A stretch of DNA of 64,000 nucleotides from a bacterium (GCA_963676395.1 OY781066.1:1344001-1408000); one strand, 5' to 3'; positions 19,683 through 30,579 are shown, counted from the stretch's first letter. Notes: generated by a model from the sequence alone, not told the origin. A program made the numbers and translations.

Positions 19683-21566
19683 TTATACTACGGGGCTCCA
19701 TAAGCTGAGTGCTGTATCCGGGGCCCAATTCATATCGCCATTTGTTGTATGAGCTTGGATGCAGATATACTGCTGTCCATTATATTGAACAATATCATCA
19801 ATTTCGTAGCTTTGGCCATTTGATACCCATTCTTCTACAGATGTATCGCTTTCATCAATTTGGCCAATGAAGATCTCGATCTTATCCTTTTCATCTGTTC
19901 TGGAAAAGCTACCGTCAAGCTCAATAATTGCGGTGAGAACAAAGTCATTTGAAAAATCAATGTTCTTTAAAGTCCAGGTTTTTATACCGTCTCCTTCATA
20001 TGTCCCTAGTTCTTCACCGTTTAGTTTAAGGTTTTTCAATACGATTGAGGCATTTGTGCTTCTTTCGGTAATTGAAAATTCTAAAGCATTTAACTCATAT
20101 GCGGGAACTGTTCCAAGAAAAGTTCTTACAGATTCATCACCGTTGATAGTGGATGATAGATTGTGTGTGAGGGGGTCATATTCAAAACGGATATTGTGGC
20201 TTCCGGGAACAGACCATGTGTAATTTGCATCAACTCTATCTCTGCGTATACTGAGGTCACCTAAGCCAAGATAATGTTCTTTGGTATAGGTATTGGCAAA
20301 ATTGTATTTTGCACCACCGTATTGGTATGCAAAATCTGCTTTACCCTCTGTTATATTGTATTCTGTTTCAAATTCGCTGTGCTGGATCTCTAATATTTGA
20401 AAACCACCAAAACCGGTTGCCACGAAGAGTACATTATTATTACTCGTAACATAGTTGGTAGATGAGTTTAGATCAGCAGATCCATACATCTCAATCTCTG
20501 TATCACCGTATTTTTTACCTACGTAAACACCGGCAGCACCATTTGCAATGAATACTAATTCTTCGTTGACTGTTACTGCATTTGTTACAAAGTCATTTAC
20601 ATCCATACTATCGGGTGCTACGGGTTTATCAATTTCTTGCAGAATAGAACCATTTGTTAAATCAACAACTTTAAGTCCACCATCATTCATTGCGACATAA
20701 GCATAGTTACCGTCAATGGCAATTGTAGATTTGGATTCCGCTTGGGTTTCTCCACCGATTATGTATTCACTAATGGCATCCGGACTGCTTAAACTAAGTA
20801 CGTATAGGGTTGCCGGAGATGCTCCGAAAGCTGCAATATATTGGTCATTTGCAGCAACTGAACGTGCATCGTTCACTGCATTTGAGTCAAGCTTGAGCAT
20901 ATCGGTTTTATCTAGTGTTGTCAAGTGTCCATCAGATCCTGATGTGGTTAATACATATTCTCCAAAGAGAGCAACATCTGTTGCCACATATGAGCTAACA
21001 TCACTGACCTCACTATTGGTAGTTAATTCACCCAATAAATTTAGTCCGATCTTTTCAACAATGGCGGGGGATTTAAATTCTGGATTAATATCAATATTAG
21101 TAGCACCTGCAAGGTACAGATTATTATTTCCGTATGCTACAGATGATATATCAGTATCCTTAAAAATTGCTTGAGAAACCAGTACCGGATTTTCAATATC
21201 CGAAATATCAAAAATCTCAACGCCTCCTAAGTAATCCGCACCTTCACGGTTGTACGTTACATATGCCATATCATTATTTAATGTCACATGTGTCGCACGC
21301 AAGGTGAAGCCTTCATATTCGGGAGGATTAACCTCAGCTCTGAGGATCAATCTAAAATCTTTAGGTACCGACGCAATTGCTGTTTTGCCGAGAAGACCAG
21401 CCAAACTGCGCAATTGGATCTCTTCTTTAGTTTTAATAACACGACCTAGCAAATTCTTATCTCTATTGTTAACAAGAATTCTTCCGTCTTCTTCGCCATT
21501 ATTAAAACAGGAAGATAGTGTTAGTAGAACCAAAGTGAATGCTATTATTCTGTGTGTTGTCTTCAT
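19683..21566 (-). CDS. Lipoprotein paralog of 17202-19466 ending in a CBM5/12-like domain
   Basis: Lipobox LSSC; shared FRLILRAEVNPP.YEGFTLRA, VFIANGAAGVYVG, VATGFGGF. Confidence 0.75.
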   Translation of the reverse strand: MKTTHRIIAFTLVLLTLSSCFNNGEEDGRILVNNRDKNLLGRVIKTKEEIQLRSLAGLLGKTAIASVPKDFRLILRAEVNPPEYEGFTLRATHVTLNNDMAYVTYNREGADYLGGVEIFDISDIENPVLVSQAIFKDTDISSVAYGNNNLYLAGATNIDINPEFKSPAIVEKIGLNLLGELTTNSEVSDVSSYVATDVALFGEYVLTTSGSDGHLTTLDKTDMLKLDSNAVNDARSVAANDQYIAAFGASPATLYVLSLSSPDAISEYIIGGETQAESKSTIAIDGNYAYVAMNDGGLKVVDLTNGSILQEIDKPVAPDSMDVNDFVTNAVTVNEELVFIANGAAGVYVGKKYGDTEIEMYGSADLNSSTNYVTSNNNVLFVATGFGGFQILEIQHSEFETEYNITEGKADFAYQYGGAKYNFANTYTKEHYLGLGDLSIRRDRVDANYTWSVPGSHNIRFEYDPLTHNLSSTINGDESVRTFLGTVPAYELNALEFSITERSTNASIVLKNLKLNGEELGTYEGDGIKTWTLKNIDFSNDFVLTAIIELDGSFSRTDEKDKIEIFIGQIDESDTSVEEWVSNGQSYEIDDIVQYNGQQYICIQAHTTNGDMNWAPDTALSLWSPVV

Positions 21567-21843
21567 TCTCTCTCCTTCATTCTCTCGTCTCTCTCTTCTT
21601 AATTAACTGAAAGTCTCTCACCACTTTCAATATTTTTTTCTCCTCTCAATGTAAAAGAGCTACTTCTCCATTGAATATTACACACTTATGCGAGATTTTG
21701 CAAGAAATAAAATCTTAAATAATCATCAAGATGAAATTAAGAAACAGTTAAAAGGAAATATTAAAATCTAAAAGAATTTTGATAGAATTCTATTTTTTAT
21801 TCGATTGTTTCATACCCGCAAATGCTAAGATGTAGATATTCGA

Positions 21844-22545
21844 TTACTGTAGGGCCTTTCGCTTCTTTTTCCAGTCGGGTATGATCGATCCAACAAGATC
21901 CCAAAATGCTTTATTGTGTGCAGGTACTTTTAAATGGCAAATCTCGTGAACAATAACATAATCGATTAACTTTGGATCTTTTTTAATCAATTCGATATTG
22001 AGTGTGATCACACCTTTGCTTGAGCAGGAGCCCCAGCGGCGTTTCATTTTGTAAAAGCGTAATGTCGTTATGGGAAGATTTAAATATTGTAATCGCTCAG
22101 TCCAATCCCGGTACATGGGTGTTATGATTTCTATCGCTTGTTTGCGATACCACGCATTCAATACCCTTTCTTTCTGCTTACGGTCAAGGGTGTCTTTTAC
22201 CTGCAATATAATATGATCGCCCTTTAGCTCTACCCTATTTTTGCCTTCTTGAACACTTAGTTTTAATGTTTTTCCAAGAAGGCTGAAGCTCTCGCCATCC
22301 TGATAGTGTTTTTCATTTTCAGGCGGGTGTTGGTCAAAGTGTTCCAGATGCTTGAGTAGCCATTTGCTTTTATTTTGCACATAATTTTCAACACTGTGTT
22401 TCGGCATGCCGAAAGGAATGCGGGCAATAACACGTTTGTCGGGATAAACTGTAAGTGTCAGTCGTTTTTTTACTGCGTATTGAAGCTCGATATCAATATC
22501 CCGATCGGAAATTTTAATTTGATAACTATTCTTGGGCATGTGCAT
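21844..22545 (-). CDS. YgjP/DUF45 (M48/SprT-like) zinc metalloprotein
   Basis: MKRRWGSCS, YVIVHEICH...H. Confidence 0.9.
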   Translation of the reverse strand: MHMPKNSYQIKISDRDIDIELQYAVKKRLTLTVYPDKRVIARIPFGMPKHSVENYVQNKSKWLLKHLEHFDQHPPENEKHYQDGESFSLLGKTLKLSVQEGKNRVELKGDHIILQVKDTLDRKQKERVLNAWYRKQAIEIITPMYRDWTERLQYLNLPITTLRFYKMKRRWGSCSSKGVITLNIELIKKDPKLIDYVIVHEICHLKVPAHNKAFWDLVGSIIPDWKKKRKALQ

Positions 22546-24358
22546 CTTTTTGCTTTAGAATATTTAGAATTTCAGTGGCAAGTTTTTGGGGTATGCCGGC
22601 TTGTTTGGCAATATTTTCTGCACTGTGTTTTTTTAATTCCTGTATGGACCCAAAGGTCGTAAGCAATTTTTTTCGGCGTGTTTCGCCGATACCCGGAATG
22701 TCATCTAAGATGCTTTTTACCATGTTTTTTCCACGTTTTTTTCTGTGGAAAGTAATGGCAAAACGATGAGCCTCATCGCGAATGCGTCTCAGTAAAATGA
22801 CTGCCGGTGATGTTTTGGGAATATTTTGTGCCTGAGAATATCCGGGAATGAATACCTCTTCGAGTCGTTTAGCCAGGCCGATTACGGGGACATTGTTTAA
22901 ACCGAGATCATTGAGTACTTCTTTGGCAATGCCCAATTGTCCTTTACCACCATCAATAAGAATAAGATCCGGAAGGACGGCGTTTTCTTTCAGAAGGCGG
23001 GTATATCGCCGGGTGACTACCTCGCGCATGGACTGAAAATCGTCGGGCTTGTCCACAGATTTTACAATAAATTTTCTGTATTGTGATCGTTTTGCCGATC
23101 CGTTTTCAAAGTAAACCATAGAAGCGACAGTTTCTTTTCCTTGAAAATGTGAAATATCAAAGCCTTCGATCCGTAAAGGTGGAACGGCAAGGTTTAAAGC
23201 TTGTTGGAGGGCCTCAACCATTTTGGTTGGTTGGATCGAGAGTTTCATCTTTTGTAGCAGGATCTCTTTTAATAGCATGTCTGCATTTTTCTTGGCTAGT
23301 GTAAAGAGTTTTGCTTTTTTACCGCGCTCAGGGCGAATGATCTTGATCGAATGACCGCAAATTTTCTTAAAGTAGTCTTCAAACAGTTCAATATCATTTT
23401 CGAGCTCTATAAATACTTCTTTAGGATAGAGACTGGTATTGGAATAATACTGTCTGATGAAATCTTTTAGAATATCCTGGCGATCCTGATGTTCTACATG
23501 TTTTAAATGAAATCGTTCTCGGCCGATCAGTGATCCTTCGCGGAGACGAAAAATGGTTACAATCGCATCGTGGTCGGCAACAGCCACAGCGATAACATCT
23601 CTGCTTTTAAAATCGGTTTGTATAACAGATTGAGAGTTCGTGTATTTTTTTAATACCTGTAGCCTGTCACGAATACGAGCCGCTTTTTCGAATTGCATGT
23701 TATCCGATGCAGATATCATATCCTTATTTAGTCGCTGAATCAAGGGTTGGGTGTTTCCGTTAAGAAAACGGACAATTTCATCAATAGTTTGTGAATAGTC
23801 TTTTGCGTTTATACCACCGATGCAGGGGGCTTGACAATTTCCAAGGTGATACTGAAGGCAGGGTTCATCATTCGGGTTACCGCCATCGCTAATGTTTTTA
23901 CGACAGGTTCGGACAGGAAAAATTTTATAAATGGCACGAAGTAAACTTTTTACATGACCTTGAGCGGTATAGGGTCCATAATATTTTGATCCATCCTGTA
24001 TAACATTTCTTGTTGAAAATACACGAGGAAAGCTTTCATTGCTGATACAGATATAGGGATAAGATTTATCATCTTTCAACATGATATTGTACCGGGGCGT
24101 ATATTGTTTAATGAGATTGTTTTCAAGAAGCAGAGCTTCAACTTCGGAATCTGTGATAATCCATTCTATATCTGCAATTTTTGAAACCAATACTTGTGTT
24201 TTAGGGTCATGAGTATTTGATCTAAAATAAGAACGTACTCGATTTTTAAGTGATTTTGCTTTACCAACATAGATAATTGTACCGCTTTGATCGTGGTAAA
24301 GGTAGACTCCGGGCTTATCCGGAACAATTTTTAACTTGTTTTCTATGACGTGCATCAC
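22526..24358 (-). CDS. uvrC: Excinuclease ABC subunit C
   Basis: PGVY..YVGKAKSLKNRV, IEGFDISH, PDLILIDGGKGQ, RDEAHRFA, HhH IPGIG. Confidence 0.97.
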   Translation of the reverse strand: MMHVIENKLKIVPDKPGVYLYHDQSGTIIYVGKAKSLKNRVRSYFRSNTHDPKTQVLVSKIADIEWIITDSEVEALLLENNLIKQYTPRYNIMLKDDKSYPYICISNESFPRVFSTRNVIQDGSKYYGPYTAQGHVKSLLRAIYKIFPVRTCRKNISDGGNPNDEPCLQYHLGNCQAPCIGGINAKDYSQTIDEIVRFLNGNTQPLIQRLNKDMISASDNMQFEKAARIRDRLQVLKKYTNSQSVIQTDFKSRDVIAVAVADHDAIVTIFRLREGSLIGRERFHLKHVEHQDRQDILKDFIRQYYSNTSLYPKEVFIELENDIELFEDYFKKICGHSIKIIRPERGKKAKLFTLAKKNADMLLKEILLQKMKLSIQPTKMVEALQQALNLAVPPLRIEGFDISHFQGKETVASMVYFENGSAKRSQYRKFIVKSVDKPDDFQSMREVVTRRYTRLLKENAVLPDLILIDGGKGQLGIAKEVLNDLGLNNVPVIGLAKRLEEVFIPGYSQAQNIPKTSPAVILLRRIRDEAHRFAITFHRKKRGKNMVKSILDDIPGIGETRRKKLLTTFGSIQELKKHSAENIAKQAGIPQKLATEILNILKQKDAHAQE

Positions 24359-24581
24359 ACTTTTCTCCGACCCGTTTGCAAGGTGTCCCTAAAATTCATA
24401 CATTTGGAGCAGAAATGCAAATAAAACAGGCAGCGGAAGACAGAATATGGAGGAGCGACGAAAAGGACGAATTTTTTTACATAAGATTAACGGTAAACTT
24501 AGTGCTTGTCAGTAAGACTTAATCTCAAGTTTAATCTTAATACTCAGTTTCATACAACCCAATAAACGAAAGGAGGGGGAT

Positions 24582-24983
24582 ATGTATAGGAACTCAGCAA
24601 ACAGGGTGATCCTTGTGGGTCATATTGGTAATGAACCGACAATTCACACTCTGAAAAACGACCGGAAGGTCTCAAATTTTTCACTTGCCAGTAATTATGG
24701 TTGGCGTACTCCAAAAGGAGAGTATCAAGATCGGACCGATTGGCATCGTATTGTCTGCTGGGGTAATCTCGCCGAATATAGTCGAAAGATGCCCAAAGGT
24801 CAGCAGGTATTTGTGGAAGGATCTTTGCGAACCCGGGAGTGGGTAGATCAGGAAAACAAGAAGCATTATATCACGGAAGTGTATGCTGATATGTTAACTC
24901 CTTTAGGCAAGCGCAAAGATAAAGAACAAGAAGGTGCTGAAGCGAACCCTGAGGATAAGACCGGAGAAGAGGTACCCTTCTAG
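24582..24983 (+). CDS. ssb: Single-stranded DNA-binding protein
   Basis: NRVILVG, TDWHRIV.WG, VEGSLRTREW, C-terminal EEVPF; strong SD. Confidence 0.93.
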   Translation: MYRNSANRVILVGHIGNEPTIHTLKNDRKVSNFSLASNYGWRTPKGEYQDRTDWHRIVCWGNLAEYSRKMPKGQQVFVEGSLRTREWVDQENKKHYITEVYADMLTPLGKRKDKEQEGAEANPEDKTGEEVPF

Positions 24984-24992
24984 AGTAATCAA

Positions 24993-25024
24993 TCACAGAG
25001 ATGCGGTTTTCCGCATCTCTGTGA
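24993..25024. terminator. Perfect 14-bp hairpin (terminator or GTAG-REP-like)
   Basis: TCACAGAGATGCGG-tttt-CCGCATCTCTGTGA. Confidence 0.7.
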
Positions 25025-25093
25025 AGTTGTTGCGAAGAAGTAAAAATTAGTCGGTAAGTAGAAAGTAAATTAGAGTGAGTATGATATCTAACA

Positions 25094-25215
25094 ATTCATG
25101 GTTTTGAAAATTTGATCGTTAATTAGAAAATTTTTGAATTGGTTTGTGGATTGGAAAATATTCTGAATCTTTTGTTAGTAAATTATGTGCTATTTTTTAT
25201 GAAGTTTTTGAAATA
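25094..25215 (+). pseudogene. Decayed four-helix-bundle (23S rRNA IVP/S23-like) gene remnant
   Basis: Translates IHGFENLIVN*KIFELV..., like the family N-terminus 'F.DL.V.QK..EL'; imperfect inverted flanks. Confidence 0.35.
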
Positions 25216-25276
25216 GACCTTGGGTTGAATTTTGTTTTAAACATTAAAATAAAACTTTACTTACTACCGACTATCC

Positions 25277-26614
25277 TCAAATACCCCACAGCACATGAAA
25301 TTTTGCGCTGCTAAAGTCTTCTTGACTATCTAAGCCGAGTGCAAGGGTAAGTTTATTATTTCCGGTAGGGATAGAGATTCCAAGTCCAAAATGATGCAGG
25401 CTTTTATTGATACCATTGATGATCGCACCATCGTAAAATAGAAAAATGTTCATATCTCTAAAATATCCGCTTTCTAATGACCAACCTAGGTATGCAGGAC
25501 TTATGTATTGTTCAAAGTAGGCACCTCGTAAAAATCTGGCACCTCCCAGTTTGTATTGATCGTAATTTGCTATCGGGTTTTCGGATATGGCATAAGCTCC
25601 CATTAGCTTTACATTGATCCCCAGAAGGGGACCTCGATATTTTAGGTTTGCTTCAATATTATTTTTTGAGATCCGGTGTTGATTGGAAAAATGCAGTGAC
25701 GAATTAGCGTAAATGTGAGCATTGATCTTACCGGGTTTGGAATACCAGTTAATTCCAACTTTTGAGGCGCTGCGGTTTTGTGTTGTGAATAAAGAATCTG
25801 AGCCATCTTCTGAAGAACCGATATATTCATTGATGTAGTTTATTGAAAGAGTGGATCGTTGATCAATGTGATATAATAAAGATAGATCAAGATCCCGCTT
25901 TACATATGAACTGTCCTCATATCGCTGTGAGAATGCTACGGATGCTGAAAATGAGCGATTGAAAATATAGGGTTCGGTATAAGATAGGTCGATGCTGTTT
26001 ACCGCCAAGGTTGGTTGGGACCAATGAAAGCTGGCACTACGCCCAAGTCCACCTAGGTTAATTAGGTCAAGCGCTAGATTTCCTACAATGCCTTTTGAGT
26101 CTGTTTCTTCTTTATATGCCGCCATTGCATCAAAGCGGATATTTTGTTTTGCTTTAGTATACAAGCGAAGACCATTGTTATAAATATCGGCTTTATCATT
26201 AACCTCTATCAGAGGATTGCTTTTGAGCTCTTCAATCATATTCATGACAGAATTATAATGGAAGTGCCCATCTTCCGGCAGGTCGATGTAGCGGGATAAG
26301 AGACCGACCTCTCTTTGCGAATAATCTCCAAAAACAACCGTGTCAATTTGAACTTGCTCACCTTTGTTTAAACGATAATGAAAATATTCATTTTCATTTA
26401 TTTTATTATAAGAGTCAAAAATAAGCTCAGTGAAAGGATACCCTTTATTCCCTGATTGTAAAAGATAGTTATTTAAATGTAAATCCAGTTTATCCTGTGT
26501 TTCAAATTGTAAGCTATCATTTTCAACGATCAAAAAGTAGGTTGGCGTGGCACTTAAAAAGCTTACGCTTATCATTAAAAATAGAATTATATATTTCAGT
26601 CGGTGTTGCTTCAT
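25277..26614 (-). CDS. Omp85 (BamA/TamA)-like outer membrane protein
   Basis: Signal peptide, GYPF POTRA-like segment, NLGGLGRS, YTEPYIF, LGGARFLRG. Confidence 0.7.
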   Translation of the reverse strand: MKQHRLKYIILFLMISVSFLSATPTYFLIVENDSLQFETQDKLDLHLNNYLLQSGNKGYPFTELIFDSYNKINENEYFHYRLNKGEQVQIDTVVFGDYSQREVGLLSRYIDLPEDGHFHYNSVMNMIEELKSNPLIEVNDKADIYNNGLRLYTKAKQNIRFDAMAAYKEETDSKGIVGNLALDLINLGGLGRSASFHWSQPTLAVNSIDLSYTEPYIFNRSFSASVAFSQRYEDSSYVKRDLDLSLLYHIDQRSTLSINYINEYIGSSEDGSDSLFTTQNRSASKVGINWYSKPGKINAHIYANSSLHFSNQHRISKNNIEANLKYRGPLLGINVKLMGAYAISENPIANYDQYKLGGARFLRGAYFEQYISPAYLGWSLESGYFRDMNIFLFYDGAIINGINKSLHHFGLGISIPTGNNKLTLALGLDSQEDFSSAKFHVLWGI

Positions 26615-29600
26615 TTAGAAATATGCCTTTACTTCTACATTTGCGGTCAAGATAGCTTTTTGTTCTGCTCTTTTCCTATATTGTAAGAAAGAACCTGCAG
26701 ATAGAAATTGATTGATTCGTTTTTCGTAACGGACTGCCGTTGACCAGGACAAGCCAACAGGTAAACCGTTTGCGGTTTCATAGGGTAGCGCCCCGCTATG
26801 ATCCGAACTGACAAAATCGATAGTTGTACTTATAAAGAGTCGTTCACCTGCAATTCGATACCAGATCCAATCGTTTTTAATTTGGAACCAATCTGTTGAA
26901 AAGTTGCTTTCGTGATCTGTGATTATATGTTCAAGCTTGGTATCTATCGAAGCTCGTAAAGTTTTTGAAAACAGGTATTCACATTCAAGGCCAACACCAT
27001 TTGAAAGTGTTTTAACGTGATAAGTGCCTACGGGTAACCGTTGCCTGTCTTGTTGTTCGTTTAAATAATACACATTGAGGGTCAGCTTATCTGGTTTAAA
27101 TCGGTATTTTATCTGGGTATTTGTTTTAATATTAATGTTTTCGTTATAGGTTGTTTGGAAATTTTGCGACTGAATATCTTCTCGTAAAATACTAAAACGA
27201 TGTTTACCATCCGGTCGTGAGAAAAGCAGTTCGTGTCGTAATCTTATATTGCCAAGAAATACTGAAGTATCGGGATCATTGAGATCAAGTGGGTGATAGA
27301 GCAGTAGATCCTCGGACCTGAAATCTGTTGAGGCTTTATGAAAGAATTGAAGTTTTAATGTCTTCCATTGTTTTTTCCATTTAAGCGATGAGCTTAACTT
27401 GCTTACATATTGGTCTCTGCGTTCATTGGTGAGTTCGGAGCTTAATATAAAGTTCCCCATCTCATCCGGGACATACTGTCCGAATTCATCTAAGCGGTAG
27501 TAACCGAGTCCATCGCCAACAAAGATAAATACGGCTTCGCGTTTTGATTCGGAATTTCTATTAATAGCTGATTTAAGTGATGCTTTTATACCTGGTTTTT
27601 TAAGATATATATTAAGCTGAGTATTTGTTAGTATGTACTGCTGGGCACCTGCCTCTCTTTGGTCATAGCGATACGATGCTGTCGTGTTCCAGCGCAGAGC
27701 ATTCTTGAAAAAACCTTGGTCGAATTTAAGGGATGCATCATGTTTCCGGGAATAAGATAAAAAGCTTGAATCTGCACTTGACCAATTATAATCATTTCTA
27801 TAGGTATAATCTAAACTCCAGATACCTAAGGTGACGCCGCTTTTAAACAATTCGGCCCGATAAGCCTTAGCTGATGTAAAGATGGGCTCAAAATTATCTT
27901 TAAGAAATGATGCGTGAAAGCTTAGTGATTTTGCAAGCGGTACTTGTGTACTTAATTCATAGCTATAATAGGGGAGTAGTACGCTTTTTAACAAGTTGGA
28001 GCTTTTAAGGCTTATACTGGCATCCTTGATGTTTATTTTTGCCTTGTTATTCAAGCGAACTCTTTTTTCATCCTGAGTGTTTACAAGATATTCAACAGCA
28101 CTTTGTATATCGAAGTCCTTATTGTTGAATGCTGCGTTAAGGTTTATATTTTGAATAAAAGTATCCAGGCTTGAAAATCCAAAGTATCGTTCCATATCCG
28201 GTTGCGTGATTGTCATAAAGGATCGATAATTTTGATCCATGTACCAACCATCAGATGAAATAGTCAGGTTTTTTCCGATAGGAAGTGCCGTATCCCATTT
28301 GAATGCCGGGGAGACTTGGCTTTGCCTTGAATCGTAATTATTTTCATTATAACCCGAATAAGCTGCATCGATCAAAGCATGTGCGGTATTTTTTTGTCCC
28401 AGTTCAACATTCATAGATGCTATCCAATGGGTATTGGGTAAGGTGATCTTTCGTCTTGGAAAATATTGTGATAAAGGATCTTCGGGAGCGTAGGTGTAGA
28501 ACATTTTTCCTTCGGCTGTATACTGCCTTATATAACCGCCATTAGTATTTTCTCTATAGAAGTATACGGTATGGGATCCCTGGTCTTCTCCGACATAAAC
28601 CCATGTATTGCCGGAAGCATCATAATCTCCTGAAGTATCTTTAAGTGCGGTAGAGATGGTAAATATTCCGTCTGTGGTAGAGATGTTCGATAAAGAATCT
28701 GATGAAATATTTGCCAGATGAATATCTAGGGGGTTATTTTCATCATCTTTTTCCCGAATATATGATGCGGAAATTTTTACATTTTTCCCAAAACGCCAAG
28801 ATGAGTTGGCACCCATGGATGAACGGGAAAAGAATTCATTTACATAATTAAATTCTGCAACAATCCGCGATGATGATGCGATTAAAAGCTCAGATGAAAA
28901 GTATAATTCCGCATCGCTGTAGTACAATGTATACTGAGATCGTTCAAGCAGTGTACCATCAATATAGATCTTTTCGGATTCCGGTACGATTTGGATCGCA
29001 TTATCACCATCGTTACCATGAAGACGGTAAGGACCTTGATCGGCTTCTCGGGCTGTGATTTCTTGTCGGATATATTTACCTCGAGCCGATCCGACAAACG
29101 CCTCACCACTATAGCGTTCACCCTTATATGCTGTTTGAGCACCGATTAATTTGCGGTTAAAGCGACTCCAATAACTCCATAAAGGGTTGATATAGATATC
29201 TCCGATATTTGCATCCAATTTATCGGAGTAAATTCTGATAAGTACATTGTCGACATCTTTTACCGATTGTGTGGACGAATAATCATCAAAGGGTGCATCA
29301 TTGTCATTGATTACACCATTAATTTTAACGCCGGGCGCCAATTCGCCGTTAAGGCGTATATCTAAACCTCCGCTGAGTAGGCTTTGTCCAGATGATCCGA
29401 TCTCGATCTTTCGGGAAACCGATCCACGTGTTTTAATACTTGAGCTTTCACCGGTTTTTCCTATGCTTTTGCTTTCTTGGGAAGGAAACCATTCATTAAT
29501 TTGCCCAATTCCAAGTGATCGTTTTTTTGGGGCCGAGATCTCAGAATAATGGTATTTGACGAATATTGTATCATTGTTATGAGGGCTTTGCAAGAGGATG

Positions 29601-29797
29601 AGTCTGCCATTCGTTGGATCACTGATATAATTAAGGCCATCGGGAACCGAAATGGAATCAATGGAGATCATAGCATGAGAAAGAGAATAGATCGTTCTAT
29701 CTGTAGAAAGCAGGAGTTGTTCGGAATGCACACCTCCGAAGGTAAAAGTAAATAGTAGACTACAAAGAATGATCGGTAAAAATTTTCGGACTGTCAT
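26615..29797 (-). CDS. Large conserved outer-membrane beta-barrel-like hypothetical protein
   Basis: Signal peptide; GSVSRKIEIG..GLDIRLNGEL..INDND; QGPYRL..SEKIYIDG; terminal 'VKAYF'. Confidence 0.7.
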   Translation of the reverse strand: MTVRKFLPIILCSLLFTFTFGGVHSEQLLLSTDRTIYSLSHAMISIDSISVPDGLNYISDPTNGRLILLQSPHNNDTIFVKYHYSEISAPKKRSLGIGQINEWFPSQESKSIGKTGESSSIKTRGSVSRKIEIGSSGQSLLSGGLDIRLNGELAPGVKINGVINDNDAPFDDYSSTQSVKDVDNVLIRIYSDKLDANIGDIYINPLWSYWSRFNRKLIGAQTAYKGERYSGEAFVGSARGKYIRQEITAREADQGPYRLHGNDGDNAIQIVPESEKIYIDGTLLERSQYTLYYSDAELYFSSELLIASSSRIVAEFNYVNEFFSRSSMGANSSWRFGKNVKISASYIREKDDENNPLDIHLANISSDSLSNISTTDGIFTISTALKDTSGDYDASGNTWVYVGEDQGSHTVYFYRENTNGGYIRQYTAEGKMFYTYAPEDPLSQYFPRRKITLPNTHWIASMNVELGQKNTAHALIDAAYSGYNENNYDSRQSQVSPAFKWDTALPIGKNLTISSDGWYMDQNYRSFMTITQPDMERYFGFSSLDTFIQNINLNAAFNNKDFDIQSAVEYLVNTQDEKRVRLNNKAKINIKDASISLKSSNLLKSVLLPYYSYELSTQVPLAKSLSFHASFLKDNFEPIFTSAKAYRAELFKSGVTLGIWSLDYTYRNDYNWSSADSSFLSYSRKHDASLKFDQGFFKNALRWNTTASYRYDQREAGAQQYILTNTQLNIYLKKPGIKASLKSAINRNSESKREAVFIFVGDGLGYYRLDEFGQYVPDEMGNFILSSELTNERRDQYVSKLSSSLKWKKQWKTLKLQFFHKASTDFRSEDLLLYHPLDLNDPDTSVFLGNIRLRHELLFSRPDGKHRFSILREDIQSQNFQTTYNENINIKTNTQIKYRFKPDKLTLNVYYLNEQQDRQRLPVGTYHVKTLSNGVGLECEYLFSKTLRASIDTKLEHIITDHESNFSTDWFQIKNDWIWYRIAGERLFISTTIDFVSSDHSGALPYETANGLPVGLSWSTAVRYEKRINQFLSAGSFLQYRKRAEQKAILTANVEVKAYF

Positions 29798-30579
29798 GGC
29801 AGGTAATGTATGGCTCCATCTCGAGTGATCACGCGATATGCCGAAGTTGAGGGTTGATCGACGTAAATTACATGTTCAATATCACCTAAATAACGAAGCA
29901 AATCGCTATGGGGTTTCCATAAAAATATGCTATTGTTAGAGGTAAGAATAAACCCTTGTTCAGTTAGTGGGAAAAGCCGAGAAACGCTGATGCTGTCCGG
30001 GATGCCGAATTCATTTAATGCATTGCCGATATTGTCACAAATGATCAACTTGTTTTTGCTCTTTTCGTGGATCAAGATCATATCTTTAATGGAAAAAAGT
30101 TCAATGTCAGGAGCAAAGTTTTTACTGCCCCATACCTGGGGATATATTTCCCCGCTGTGTATTTGGACGACCTGTTCACGAAACTCATCATAAATAAGCC
30201 AATCGTGTTCAGAACTGACCGTAAATGCTGAGGGTGAAAGAATATCTTCATGCAAGGGAGTGATGGTATGTAGGTTTAAAAAACGATCCCAGGTAATAAT
30301 CTTGCGAGTTCCGGTGTCTAAGAGATGAATGCGGTCCGGGTCTTCGATTACTGGTTTTAGGGGGTTTTCTAAGCTTATTTTTGCACCTAAAGCATTATCG
30401 GTAAATGTGTTGATTAACGAGTCTGCACGAAAACACCCCAGCTCATTACGATGCATAGACAGGGCAATAAGTTCTCCGAAAGAATTTTTGGCGATCTCAT
30501 CCCAGCTTCCGATGTTTTGGGCAAAAAGCGGAAAACATAAGGCCAGGAGAGCTATTGTGATGTTAAGGATACGTTTCAT
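29794..30579 (-). CDS. Secreted hypothetical protein, possible beta-propeller
   Basis: Signal peptide from ATG 30579 (MKRILNITIALLALCFPLFA); overlaps the next gene. Confidence 0.65.
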   Translation of the reverse strand: MKRILNITIALLALCFPLFAQNIGSWDEIAKNSFGELIALSMHRNELGCFRADSLINTFTDNALGAKISLENPLKPVIEDPDRIHLLDTGTRKIITWDRFLNLHTITPLHEDILSPSAFTVSSEHDWLIYDEFREQVVQIHSGEIYPQVWGSKNFAPDIELFSIKDMILIHEKSKNKLIICDNIGNALNEFGIPDSISVSRLFPLTEQGFILTSNNSIFLWKPHSDLLRYLGDIEHVIYVDQPSTSAYRVITRDGAIHYLP

